DNA of 64,000 bases from Nitrososphaerota archaeon (GTDB lineage: Archaea; Thermoproteota; Nitrososphaeria_A; Caldarchaeales; Calditenuaceae). The DNA lies in contig JBEPYO010000001.1 in NCBI GenBank assembly GCA_041641295.1, positions 1,408,001 through 1,472,000 on the forward strand. Direction: 5' to 3'. Position numbers and translations under genes: made by a program. Below, piece by piece: positions 28,291 to 37,350 of the stretch. Under the pieces are notes generated by a model that did not search any database, was not told where the DNA came from, and worked only from the letters and a program-made list of their open reading frames with translations. Position 1 is the stretch's first letter. Each line of letters starts with the position of its first letter.

Positions 28291-28908
28291 GTGAAAATGA
28301 GGGTTAGGCTGCTCCCGCCGGCGCTAGCTAAAATAATCAACCACGCCCTCTCCAACCCCAAGATCGAGGTGGCTGGTCTCCTTCTTGGGACTGAGGAGAA
28401 TGGGGTTGTAGAGGTGTGGGATGCTGTTACCGGCAGTCAGACCGGCTCCCCCGGCTTTGTCGTCCTAAGTGAGGAGGTGATGGCGAGGGTTGCGGAATTC
28501 CTTCACGATCACAAAATCCCCCTTTTTATCGTTGGGTGGTACCACTCCCACCCATCCCTAGGTCTATTCCTCTCCCCCATAGATATCAGGACACAGCTGA
28601 CATATCAGGCACTATACCAGAACGCAATAGCCCTAGTAATAGATCCCTCAAGATATGGAGGCTCTAAGAAGTTCTCGGATGGGCTATTCAAGGTCTTCAG
28701 AGTTGGGCCCAATAACCAAGTAATAGAGCTTCCAGTAACCTTCGGGGCTGGAACCCGTAAGATGCTAGAATCCACACTCATCAGCCTCACAACAACATCC
28801 ATCTTCCAATATGAAGAACATAACATGCCCGTCCCAAAACCCTTCAAAGTTATCAGTAACTTTCTATTACATGGCTTAAGGGCAGAGGGTGTTAGGAGGC
28901 ATGAGTGA
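28291..28908 (+). CDS. Rpn11-like JAMM/MPN+ metalloprotease (deubiquitinase)
   Basis: EVAGLLLG ... VGWYHSHP.LGLFLS.ID, an intact E-HSH-S-D JAMM motif, plus ALVIDP. Confidence 0.93.
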   Translation: MKMRVRLLPPALAKIINHALSNPKIEVAGLLLGTEENGVVEVWDAVTGSQTGSPGFVVLSEEVMARVAEFLHDHKIPLFIVGWYHSHPSLGLFLSPIDIRTQLTYQALYQNAIALVIDPSRYGGSKKFSDGLFKVFRVGPNNQVIELPVTFGAGTRKMLESTLISLTTTSIFQYEEHNMPVPKPFKVISNFLLHGLRAEGVRRHE

Positions 28909-29689
28909 TAAGAAGCGGATAGTTATCAAGAGGCGGCTAATACCTGAGCCTACCCAGCCAGAGCAGCAGGTAGGCGAACTCACAGGGGCACAGGAGGTTG
29001 AGAAGCAGGGTCCAGAGCCTCAGGAAATACAGGTACAGCCGACGGCCCAGCAGCCCACTGACAACTATGAGGAGGCAATTAAGAGTTTCGACAACATTCA
29101 AGCAAAGCTGAGAGAGATCCGGGAGATGGACCGCTCGATCCAGAGGGTTTTCAAGAAGTGGGATGAGGTTGACCTTCGCTCCGTGAAGAAGAAGCTCAAT
29201 CAACTCTCTGACGAGAGGAACGCCCTCTTGAGCGAGGCGCAGACCTGCGAGAATCTGCTTAACGAGGCTCTCGGCCTCTTAGAGTCGAGGATGAGTGAGC
29301 TGGAAGAGCAGCTTTTCGACAGGCTCGTAGAGGTTGAGTTCCTAAGGTCGCGGGAGAGCTCGCTGAGTGGGGCAGAGAGTGAGCGGCTAAAAGCACTGGA
29401 GGCCGAGGTTGAAGAGTATCGAAACAGGATTGCAGAGATTAAGAAGCAGATATCCGACCTCCAAGTGAAACTAGACAATATCAGGTCTCTGCCACGCACA
29501 ATAGTCAAGCTAACCACAAGCACAGAGGAGGCTGAGCCATTATACAAGGAGCTAGTGGCCAAATACAGGGACGAGGCCCGAGTAGCCTCCGCGATCGAGA
29601 AGATAATGCAGGACGAGGGTGTCTCGAGGCCCTACGCCATCATCCACCTCTGGAAGGCTGCACTAAAACCTCGGGTATCTGGGCAGTAA
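28901..29689 (+). CDS. Hypothetical long coiled-coil protein, translationally coupled to the JAMM gene
   Basis: ATG at 28901 overlaps the JAMM stop; Q/P/E-rich linker, heptad-rich region of about 150 aa, small helical C-terminal domain. Confidence 0.8.
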   Translation: MSDKKRIVIKRRLIPEPTQPEQQVGELTGAQEVEKQGPEPQEIQVQPTAQQPTDNYEEAIKSFDNIQAKLREIREMDRSIQRVFKKWDEVDLRSVKKKLNQLSDERNALLSEAQTCENLLNEALGLLESRMSELEEQLFDRLVEVEFLRSRESSLSGAESERLKALEAEVEEYRNRIAEIKKQISDLQVKLDNIRSLPRTIVKLTTSTEEAEPLYKELVAKYRDEARVASAIEKIMQDEGVSRPYAIIHLWKAALKPRVSGQ

Positions 29690-29794
29690 TGGGGACAGGC
29701 GGCGGGGTCAAGACACTTTAAATAGAGCCTCCGACAAAGGATTTAGGAATACCCGGGGGATATCCTGGGGAGTTAAAAGACTTACTGTGTAAGG

Positions 29795-31708
29795 GTGGAA
29801 AATGGAATGCTATCCAAGCTGAGGGCAGACATATTCAACTACTTGGTTACACTGGGTAAGGGCGAGCGAGTAGTTACGCGGATAGATTTTGAAGGGCCTC
29901 GGATAGCGATATACACTGCAGAGCCCTCTGTTTTCGCAGAGAGGAACTCTATTGCTAGAGATCTTGTGAATTTGATCAAGAAGAGGGTGGTTATTCGGCC
30001 GGACGAGTCTATCAGGATGCCTCAGGATGAGGCTAAGAGGCTTTTGAAGGAGGCGCTGAACAACTCTCCTGCAAATATCACTTTTGACAACCTTCTCGGC
30101 GAGGTTGTGATTGAGAGTAGCGACCAGCAACTCTTCAACCTCCTGACTCCTGAGAGGTTGGCGGCCCTCGAGCGTCAGATAAACTGGCTGATCACGGTCT
30201 CAAGGACGCCACTTATTCCTTCAAAAACCTTAGAGAAGGTCAAGAAGTATCTCTATGGAGACGGCGAGGAGAGGATTGATATCCTGCGAAAGATTGGGGA
30301 GAGGATATTTAGGGAGCAGCTGTTTGAGCCGGGAGAGGTCTCGATAACCGTTCTTGGGGGTGGGATGCAGGTTGGGCGCTCCGCACTCCTAGTCAGGACG
30401 CGCGAGAGCTGTGTCCTGATGGATTTCGGCATAAGCGCAGGAGCGAGCAAGCCGGTGGAGATGCTGCCGAGGATGGACTTTTTCCCCGAATTAGTCGATA
30501 TGCTCGACGCTGTCATAATCACGCACTCACACATGGACCACCACGGCGCTCTGCCCTTCTTATTCAAGTACGGTTACCGGGGGCCAGTCTACATGACCGA
30601 GCCCACACTACCGCTAATGGTTATGGAGCACATCGACTATCTTAACCTGGCGGCTAAGACCGGGCAGTACCCACTCTACGGCGAGCACGAGGTCAGACTC
30701 GCGGCACGTCATGTGGTACCACTCCGGTACGGGGTTGTAACCAATATTACCCCCGACATCAGGGTAACATTCTACAATGCGGGGCACATTCTAGGCTCCG
30801 CCATCGCGCACCTACACATAGGCGAGGGATTCCACAACATAGTCTACACCGGCGACTTTAAGTATGAGAGAACACGTATGCTCGATCCCGCCACATCAAA
30901 ATTCCCCAGAATGGAGACCCTCATAATAGAAAGCACCTACGGAGCCACGCCCGTCCCCTTCACGAGGGAGGAGACTGAACGTATATTCGCAGAACACATC
31001 ACTCGCACGGTTAATTCGGGTGGTAGTGTCTTGATTCCTGTGCCGGCTGTTGGGAGGGCTCAAGAAATAATGCTGGTGATTAAGAACCTGATTGAGTCTA
31101 AGATGATTCCCGAGGTTCCGGTCATACTTGACGGCCTGCTGATAGAGTCTACATCCATCTACAGCTGTTTCCCTGAATATTTCTCGGCAGAGAGTCGTGA
31201 TGAGTTTCTGAGGGGTGACTCACTCTTCTTCTCCGACTATTTCATAAGCGTGAAGAGTCAGAGCCACAGAGAAGAGATACTTGAGAGCAGGGAGCCCATG
31301 ATCGTTATGGCTACATCGGGCATGCTTGAGGGCGGCCCTGTCCTCTCTTATCTGAGGAGCATGTCTGAGAGTGATAAGAACCTGCTGCTGTTTGTGAGTT
31401 ATCAGGTTGAGGGGACGCTCGGTAGGAAGATTCTAAAGGGCTTGAGAGAGGTCACGCTGATTAATGAGGAGGGGAAGCAGGAGGTGTTTAAGCTCGCCAC
31501 CGCTGTTGAGAAGGTTGATGGTTTCTCAGGACATTCTAGCAGGCAGCAGATACTCTCATATCTTAAGAGGGTTTCTCCAAAGCCTCAGAATGTCATATTT
31601 GTCCACGGGGAGCCGGAGGCCGTCAACTCGATTGCGGGGGCGGCCAGAAGGGTTTTGGACGCCGCCATATACACGCCGAGGAACTTGGACACAATAGTGG
31701 TCGGCTAG
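29795..31708 (+). CDS. fttA: aCPSF1/FttA: KH-domain beta-CASP ribonuclease and transcription termination factor
   Basis: FEGP.I.IY, VGRS, THSHMDH, AGHILGS, ESTYG, FSGHS and HGE. Confidence 0.93.
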   Translation: MENGMLSKLRADIFNYLVTLGKGERVVTRIDFEGPRIAIYTAEPSVFAERNSIARDLVNLIKKRVVIRPDESIRMPQDEAKRLLKEALNNSPANITFDNLLGEVVIESSDQQLFNLLTPERLAALERQINWLITVSRTPLIPSKTLEKVKKYLYGDGEERIDILRKIGERIFREQLFEPGEVSITVLGGGMQVGRSALLVRTRESCVLMDFGISAGASKPVEMLPRMDFFPELVDMLDAVIITHSHMDHHGALPFLFKYGYRGPVYMTEPTLPLMVMEHIDYLNLAAKTGQYPLYGEHEVRLAARHVVPLRYGVVTNITPDIRVTFYNAGHILGSAIAHLHIGEGFHNIVYTGDFKYERTRMLDPATSKFPRMETLIIESTYGATPVPFTREETERIFAEHITRTVNSGGSVLIPVPAVGRAQEIMLVIKNLIESKMIPEVPVILDGLLIESTSIYSCFPEYFSAESRDEFLRGDSLFFSDYFISVKSQSHREEILESREPMIVMATSGMLEGGPVLSYLRSMSESDKNLLLFVSYQVEGTLGRKILKGLREVTLINEEGKQEVFKLATAVEKVDGFSGHSSRQQILSYLKRVSPKPQNVIFVHGEPEAVNSIAGAARRVLDAAIYTPRNLDTIVVG

Positions 31709-31718
31709 ACTAGGGTCC

Positions 31719-33020
31719 CTAGAAGTAGTCCTCCAGTGTACTGCTCTTATCCTGCCAGGCCTTCTCCCTCTTCCCAGACGACTTACCTCTCGGTAGAATT
31801 TTCCCATAGACTCCATCGTAGCCCGGCACTATCTCCAGCTCTCCACTCCGCATGTCATTTACGAGGGAGGCTAGATGCTCGTTCGAGGCCCTTGCTATCT
31901 CTTGTACGGGCGCTTCGAGGAGTAGCTTGTATTCACTGCCGAACTTGTTTACCAGTCTGCTATACTCGGTCCAGATTTTCTTGCTCTGTAGCAGTGTCTC
32001 GGAAGTGTAGTCTATGTTCATCGATAATGCTAGGAGTTCTTGCATCGGTATAACGTACATGAAGTCTATTGCATCGGGGGGCCTGTATCCTCTGGGGCGG
32101 TCTGCCAGCTCCTCCACCCTGTCCTCAACCCCCTTGGTAAGCCTCCTACCACACCGGGGACACCTGTAATCCATCTCCTTCGCCTTCTCGGGGGGGATTG
32201 GGCCCACACCACACCTCCTATGCCCAGACCAGTGATATTTGCCGTAGCTGGGCGGGACCTCCAGTGTCATCAAGACTTTGCTCCTGTCCTTGGTCCGCAG
32301 AGCCTTGACGAGCTCCTCGTATGATGGTGTCTCTAGGTTGAGGACGACGGCCTCTCTCCCCAGCCGGTAGGGGTAGGGGCTGTGGGAGTCTGAAGAGCTT
32401 AGGAGTATGTACTTGTCTAGGCTGCTCACCCTCCAGTTCATGGGCGGGTCAGAGCTCAGCCCCGTCTCTATGGCGTATATCTTGTCAGCCCTATCCTCGT
32501 AGCATTCCTCCACCTTGTCTACCCCTCCTATGGCTCCGAAAATCGACCACCACGGAGTCCAGGCGTGTGCCGGAAAGATGAAACAGTCCTCGTCAACCTC
32601 CAGTAGCTTCTCCACCAGCTCGACAGGTCTAATGTTCAGGACAGGCCGTCCATCGGAGGATATGTCGCCGTAGCGTGAGAGCGACTCTGCTGCCACCTTT
32701 GAGGTCTCAAGGTCTCGGAAGAGTATTACGTGGTGTATTCTCCTGGCTTTCCCTTGGAACTCGTGGACCGTCGCCACCTCAGTCTGTATTATGAAGAATA
32801 TGTCGCTGGGGCCTGACTTTAGCTTGTAGATGCCTGTGCCGTCAATCTCTTGGAGCTCGGATCTCAGCTCCCTAAACCACTGGGGATGGAGCGAATCCCC
32901 TGTCCCCAAGAGGTTCAGCCCCTTCAGGGAGGCGTGGTATCCTATCTCGCTGAGCATCATCCGCGGCGACGTTGCTCCACTAAACCTAGAGTGGATCTGA
33001 AGGTCTGCAATAATCCTCAT
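31719..33020 (-). CDS. Endonuclease Q family (PHP domain plus Zn finger)
   Basis: ADLQIHSRFS.ATS, GTGD..HP, PAHAWTPW, ETGLSSDP, SDSHS, LGREA, GKYH..GHR.C and CPRCG..LT.GV. Confidence 0.9.
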   Translation of the reverse strand: MRIIADLQIHSRFSGATSPRMMLSEIGYHASLKGLNLLGTGDSLHPQWFRELRSELQEIDGTGIYKLKSGPSDIFFIIQTEVATVHEFQGKARRIHHVILFRDLETSKVAAESLSRYGDISSDGRPVLNIRPVELVEKLLEVDEDCFIFPAHAWTPWWSIFGAIGGVDKVEECYEDRADKIYAIETGLSSDPPMNWRVSSLDKYILLSSSDSHSPYPYRLGREAVVLNLETPSYEELVKALRTKDRSKVLMTLEVPPSYGKYHWSGHRRCGVGPIPPEKAKEMDYRCPRCGRRLTKGVEDRVEELADRPRGYRPPDAIDFMYVIPMQELLALSMNIDYTSETLLQSKKIWTEYSRLVNKFGSEYKLLLEAPVQEIARASNEHLASLVNDMRSGELEIVPGYDGVYGKILPRGKSSGKREKAWQDKSSTLEDYF

Positions 33021-33082
33021 CAGAGACTCTAAGCCAAAACAACTGTGATTGGATTTAACTCTTCCATCCGACTCGGAAGATA

Positions 33083-35758
33083 CTATTCCTCCCTACCCCT
33101 TCTCTCAGCGATCCGCGCCCTAACCCGGCCGATGATTGCGGCGACTAGGGCTATAGCCGTCGCTACTGCGAGGGCCCCCACCATCAGGGTGGCGGGGATA
33201 GCTGTCCCCCCTACTACGAGAGAGTTTAGGCCGAATCTCAGAACTCCAGCTGGAGCATAAACCTCAAACCTCTCATCACCATAAACTACCTCAACACGGT
33301 ATGGTCCAAGGGCTTCGGGCAGCCTAGTGAATAAAGCCCTTCCATCACCTCCTGTATTTCCTGACGCTGCCAATAGGCCGGGCCGGCGGAGAGAATAGAT
33401 TGAGACTTTAGCACCCTCCACCGGTCTCAGAAACACATCCTGCACGATTACTACGATTTGTGTCTGTGGGACTGTTACTTGTATTTCCTTTCCTGTGTGC
33501 TGCACCTCTTGTCTGAGAAGCTCTACTCCTTCGGTGGTCTCGAGGGATATGTTGAGTGTCCTGTGGACAAGCTTTCCAATCCTAGGTATCCCGCCCGAAA
33601 TCGGGTATCTTTCGCCGTCGAGAACAAGCGTCCCGTTGAATGGCTCTCCATCGCTCCAAACGATCCTCAACTTCGCTGTGCTGATCGGGAGTGTTAGGCT
33701 CTCACCTCTGTACTCTGACGGGAGTATCTCCTCATCAAGGGCCAGTATTGGTTTTCCTGTCTCGCGGAAATAAACGGTTAGCCTGTGGGGTGCTTCGGGT
33801 AGTAGGGGAGCGTATAGTCTGTTGCCCGTACCGCTGTAGTTCCCACCAGGGCCGCTGAGGATCCACTCAACCACTATAGGTGAACCATCACCATCTACGA
33901 GTGTCAAGTCCACGTCATAGACCTGTACATGTATGTCGAGGACCGTGTTTCCCTCTATTCTCGCCTCCCCGGAGAAGACAGTGATGCCATGGTGGCGTAC
34001 AGATAGGCGGTATGACCCGCTTGGTACGCCAGGGATGGTTATTCCGCCATAAGTGTCGCTCCTAAACGCGAGTGTGTGGAGTGTGATCTCAGCACCCGGC
34101 ACCGGCTTCCCGTCCATTGAGAGTATCTTGAGGCTGAGGCTGTAGATTGGCAGGATGATTTTTACAGGCTCGCCGGGTCTCACACTCGAGCTGGCACTCA
34201 CCCTCGAGTTGAATGCGGCAGACTCGTTAACAGCGGATACAAGATAGGTGGCGAGGGGCTGCTGAGGAATAACCAGTACGCCATCCCTCCTTGCAAGATT
34301 TGAGAAGCTAGTCTCGGGTGTTGGCCCCCTTACTTCGAAGACTGCTCCGACAGGGTTTCCAGCCATGTCTACAGCAGAGACGATCAGATTCGAGACAGCT
34401 GTCTTCGCCTCAAAGCTTAGTGGGCTAAATCCTTGGGTCGGGTGATAGCCGATGTATCGTGGTGCTGAGAAAACCTCGACTCCTCTCCAATGGATTGTGA
34501 TTGAGTAGTTTCCGGTCGGAAGTAGGTAGAAGCTGGCGTAGCCGCCGGTGGACTGGTTTAGGGCCTGGGCTGTCCTTCCTGTCTGAGGCTCCTCAACCAG
34601 CTGCAACAATACTGTAGCATTTATGAGTAGTCTTCCGCTCTGGTCTATCGGATAGACCCTGAGGGTGTAGAGTTCTGTGCGAATCGTCTTCGCCGAGGCC
34701 AAGTCTAACGCCTCATGAGACGATACGTAGACTCTGATTTCCTCACCCACGAGGGGTGGTGTATAGGTGATAACCACATCGTAGCTGTAAAAGTCTGGAA
34801 GCCTCTTAAACTGGACGACTCCCTCACTGTCCGCCGTAAGTCTAACCTCGTAGGTGTACATGTGGGCGTCGAGTAAGAGCTTTGCCCCGCCAAGCGGTAT
34901 TACCCCATCATGGTCAGTTACTGTCAAGTTGAAGGTCCTGTAGGGGCTAAGCCTGAACGGTCCATAAACTGCACCCTCAAGCCCCCACAACCACCACTGG
35001 CTATCACTGCCTAGAGGCCCATACCTGTAATCATAGACGAATCCGCTTGGGTATCTAAGCGTGAGTGTGACTGTGGGCTGCATCTCGAATAGCTGTGAGG
35101 ATATTTCAGGGGGGAAGCTAAAGGGCAAGGTGAATAGTAGAGTCCATCCACGAGTTTCGCCCTCGAAGATGTATTTAATGGGGTCTACGGCGTCTAGCCT
35201 CTTTTTCAGCGATATCGTTGAGCTGAGGGACTCTCCATACCCGGGCCAAGCATACCAGACCTTTGCAGACTCCACTTGGATAGGCTGACCAACACAGTAC
35301 CCTACAACAGTCACTTTCCAGTCCGCGAGCTTCCTGTCACCATAAACAACAGCGTTCGAATCCTCCACCACATAGTCTTGGATATAGCCGGTCCTGTTCA
35401 TTGCATCAAGCCTCTCGATGATTGGCCTCAGCTCATCCTCCCACTTCTGCGTAAACTCTCGCACATAGGGGTCTCTAGCCCGAGAGCTACAGTCGGTATT
35501 AACCAGCTGGAAGGTTAGGTTGCCGATCTCCCCCGGAAAATACCTGTCTCCGTACCTGTCGAGCCATTGGGGCTCTCCCACCCCACCCTGCTCCCCTAGC
35601 GGGAGGAAGTAGACTTGGATACTCCACTGCGGGGGCTGCGCACTAGCTGTTGATGACAGGCTGGCTAGGGTGAGGAGTAGTACTACTATAAATGACGCTC
35701 CAAAGATGAGGGTTGAGAAGCCGATCTGCACACTTAAGACCCGCATGTAAATGACCAT
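33083..35758 (-). CDS. Large cell-surface protein with tandem Ig-like/carboxypeptidase-regulatory-like repeats and a C-terminal TM anchor
   Basis: Signal peptide (ASA|Q), repeated V.D..G.P..GA.V and LP.G.Y units, TM helix followed by a basic tail. Confidence 0.8.
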   Translation of the reverse strand: MVIYMRVLSVQIGFSTLIFGASFIVVLLLTLASLSSTASAQPPQWSIQVYFLPLGEQGGVGEPQWLDRYGDRYFPGEIGNLTFQLVNTDCSSRARDPYVREFTQKWEDELRPIIERLDAMNRTGYIQDYVVEDSNAVVYGDRKLADWKVTVVGYCVGQPIQVESAKVWYAWPGYGESLSSTISLKKRLDAVDPIKYIFEGETRGWTLLFTLPFSFPPEISSQLFEMQPTVTLTLRYPSGFVYDYRYGPLGSDSQWWLWGLEGAVYGPFRLSPYRTFNLTVTDHDGVIPLGGAKLLLDAHMYTYEVRLTADSEGVVQFKRLPDFYSYDVVITYTPPLVGEEIRVYVSSHEALDLASAKTIRTELYTLRVYPIDQSGRLLINATVLLQLVEEPQTGRTAQALNQSTGGYASFYLLPTGNYSITIHWRGVEVFSAPRYIGYHPTQGFSPLSFEAKTAVSNLIVSAVDMAGNPVGAVFEVRGPTPETSFSNLARRDGVLVIPQQPLATYLVSAVNESAAFNSRVSASSSVRPGEPVKIILPIYSLSLKILSMDGKPVPGAEITLHTLAFRSDTYGGITIPGVPSGSYRLSVRHHGITVFSGEARIEGNTVLDIHVQVYDVDLTLVDGDGSPIVVEWILSGPGGNYSGTGNRLYAPLLPEAPHRLTVYFRETGKPILALDEEILPSEYRGESLTLPISTAKLRIVWSDGEPFNGTLVLDGERYPISGGIPRIGKLVHRTLNISLETTEGVELLRQEVQHTGKEIQVTVPQTQIVVIVQDVFLRPVEGAKVSIYSLRRPGLLAASGNTGGDGRALFTRLPEALGPYRVEVVYGDERFEVYAPAGVLRFGLNSLVVGGTAIPATLMVGALAVATAIALVAAIIGRVRARIAERRGREE

Positions 35759-35929
35759 ACGCTTGGCTCATTTAAGCCCTTTTGGGTCTTTTAAGCCATC
35801 CACTCCCATTCTTCACGTTCTATTGTTTGTCTGATAGTTGGAAAAGGATAAGTAGGAGGAAGTAAGCGTCTTTCCGATTGACAGAGAATGCCTCCTCCAC
35901 CTATGACGTGTCCCTCGAGGAGATATTGA

Positions 35930-36760
35930 ATGCGTCCCAGGGGTATTTCCCCTGTTGTTGTCGTCTCTTCTAGGCAACCAGCCCTAGTGGCGGCTGGCCT
36001 GCTAGCCTCTCAGGAGGCCACCCACGTTGTTGTGGCTGACTATGGCCAATCTGAGGGGCATTACGTTATAGAGGGTGTTATAACTGGGCGTGAAATACTC
36101 GGTTTACTTGTCAAGGACAGCGAGGTCTGGAGGCATGTGATGAGGGTGAGTTCGGGGGAGATTTCCCGGCCCGTGCCATATGCGAATAGGCGAGACAGCC
36201 TATTGATGCTCTTCGCGCGGATGTCAGAGTTTGGAGTCGGCTTCGCCTTGGTGGACGATACGAGGCCCCGGGTTGTCGACCTTCTGGCTGTGCTGAAATA
36301 CTCAGCTACCAATAGGTCTTTGCGGTCCTTCTTCAGAAATTACAAGGCGTCCGACATCAGCTCGGGCCCGGAGGTCTTATCCGTTAATACAGACCAGACG
36401 GTCCTCGAATGCATCCATTTGATGCTAAATAAGGGTGTCAGGAGGCTGGTCGTCGAGGGGAGCCGCATGATTTTGAGCGATAGGACGGTTGTGAGGTTCT
36501 TGTTTGGCTCCACTGACAGTATGGAGTTGGTTAGAGATAATCCTGAGAGGCTTTTCAACATGTCTGTAGGCGAGTTGGGTGAGCTCCTTCAGCATCCCGC
36601 TGTTGTCGCTAGCGGCGACGACTTGGAAGTCGTTTTAGACAGGCTCGTCACAAGCGAGGCTAAGTGCTGCCTACTCCGGGACGGAGATGGAATAATAACT
36701 CCTTGGGACTTGACCGTAAAGCTCTTCCAGAGGGCCGGCCCAGCGGCGAGGCCTATGTAA
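35930..36760 (+). CDS. CBS-domain protein (true 5' end uncertain)
   Basis: GVITGREIL, M...GVRRL.V and GIITPWDL CBS patterns. Confidence 0.75.
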   Translation: MRPRGISPVVVVSSRQPALVAAGLLASQEATHVVVADYGQSEGHYVIEGVITGREILGLLVKDSEVWRHVMRVSSGEISRPVPYANRRDSLLMLFARMSEFGVGFALVDDTRPRVVDLLAVLKYSATNRSLRSFFRNYKASDISSGPEVLSVNTDQTVLECIHLMLNKGVRRLVVEGSRMILSDRTVVRFLFGSTDSMELVRDNPERLFNMSVGELGELLQHPAVVASGDDLEVVLDRLVTSEAKCCLLRDGDGIITPWDLTVKLFQRAGPAARPM

Positions 36761-36834
36761 TACCGTGGATTGATTACTTTCGCCGAGGTGTCCATAGGCA
36801 GATATAACTCTGCTCCCTAAGGGCTCTCAGGGGT

Positions 36835-37350
36835 ATGCCCGAACACGCGGCGCGTATTGAGCAGATAGTGTCCCAAGTCAGGGTTAAGCTGATCAAGGAC
36901 GTAGCCCGGCTGAGGGTTGGTGGCCGGGAATTAGCCGACCTTAGGCAGGGGTCGCAGATAACTCTTCCGCTCTGGGCGATGGAGAAGCTCTGGGAATCGG
37001 GCCTAGCTGAGCCGGTTGGCGGTGTCATTGACCTGCCAAAGCTGACCCAGCTTCTATGGAGGGAGCGGAAGAGCCCCGTCGAGTTGGTGGAGCTTCCTGA
37101 GAGGTTTTACTACAGCATGGCATCCGCACTCGCCGGGCAGAGGGATAGGGACCCTGAGTCGCACAAGGCGCTATTGCAGGCTTACCGCGACCTAGTCTCG
37201 CTCAGAATGTCTAAATTACTATCCTTCGCCCTCCGGGGCCTAGACCCATCCCTAATCCGCAACATGGTTGACGAGGAGAAGGAGCTGTATCTGCGGGTCC
37301 GCGAGGCTGTCGAGTCTTGGCTCGAATCTATAGGCTTGGGGGTGAGATGA
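36835..37350 (+). CDS. GINS subunit (Gins23/Psf2-like)
   Basis: G..I.LPLW..E.L...G.A, L.ELP..FY, R..K and EE..Y; directly upstream of mcm. Confidence 0.88.
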   Translation: MPEHAARIEQIVSQVRVKLIKDVARLRVGGRELADLRQGSQITLPLWAMEKLWESGLAEPVGGVIDLPKLTQLLWRERKSPVELVELPERFYYSMASALAGQRDRDPESHKALLQAYRDLVSLRMSKLLSFALRGLDPSLIRNMVDEEKELYLRVREAVESWLESIGLGVR

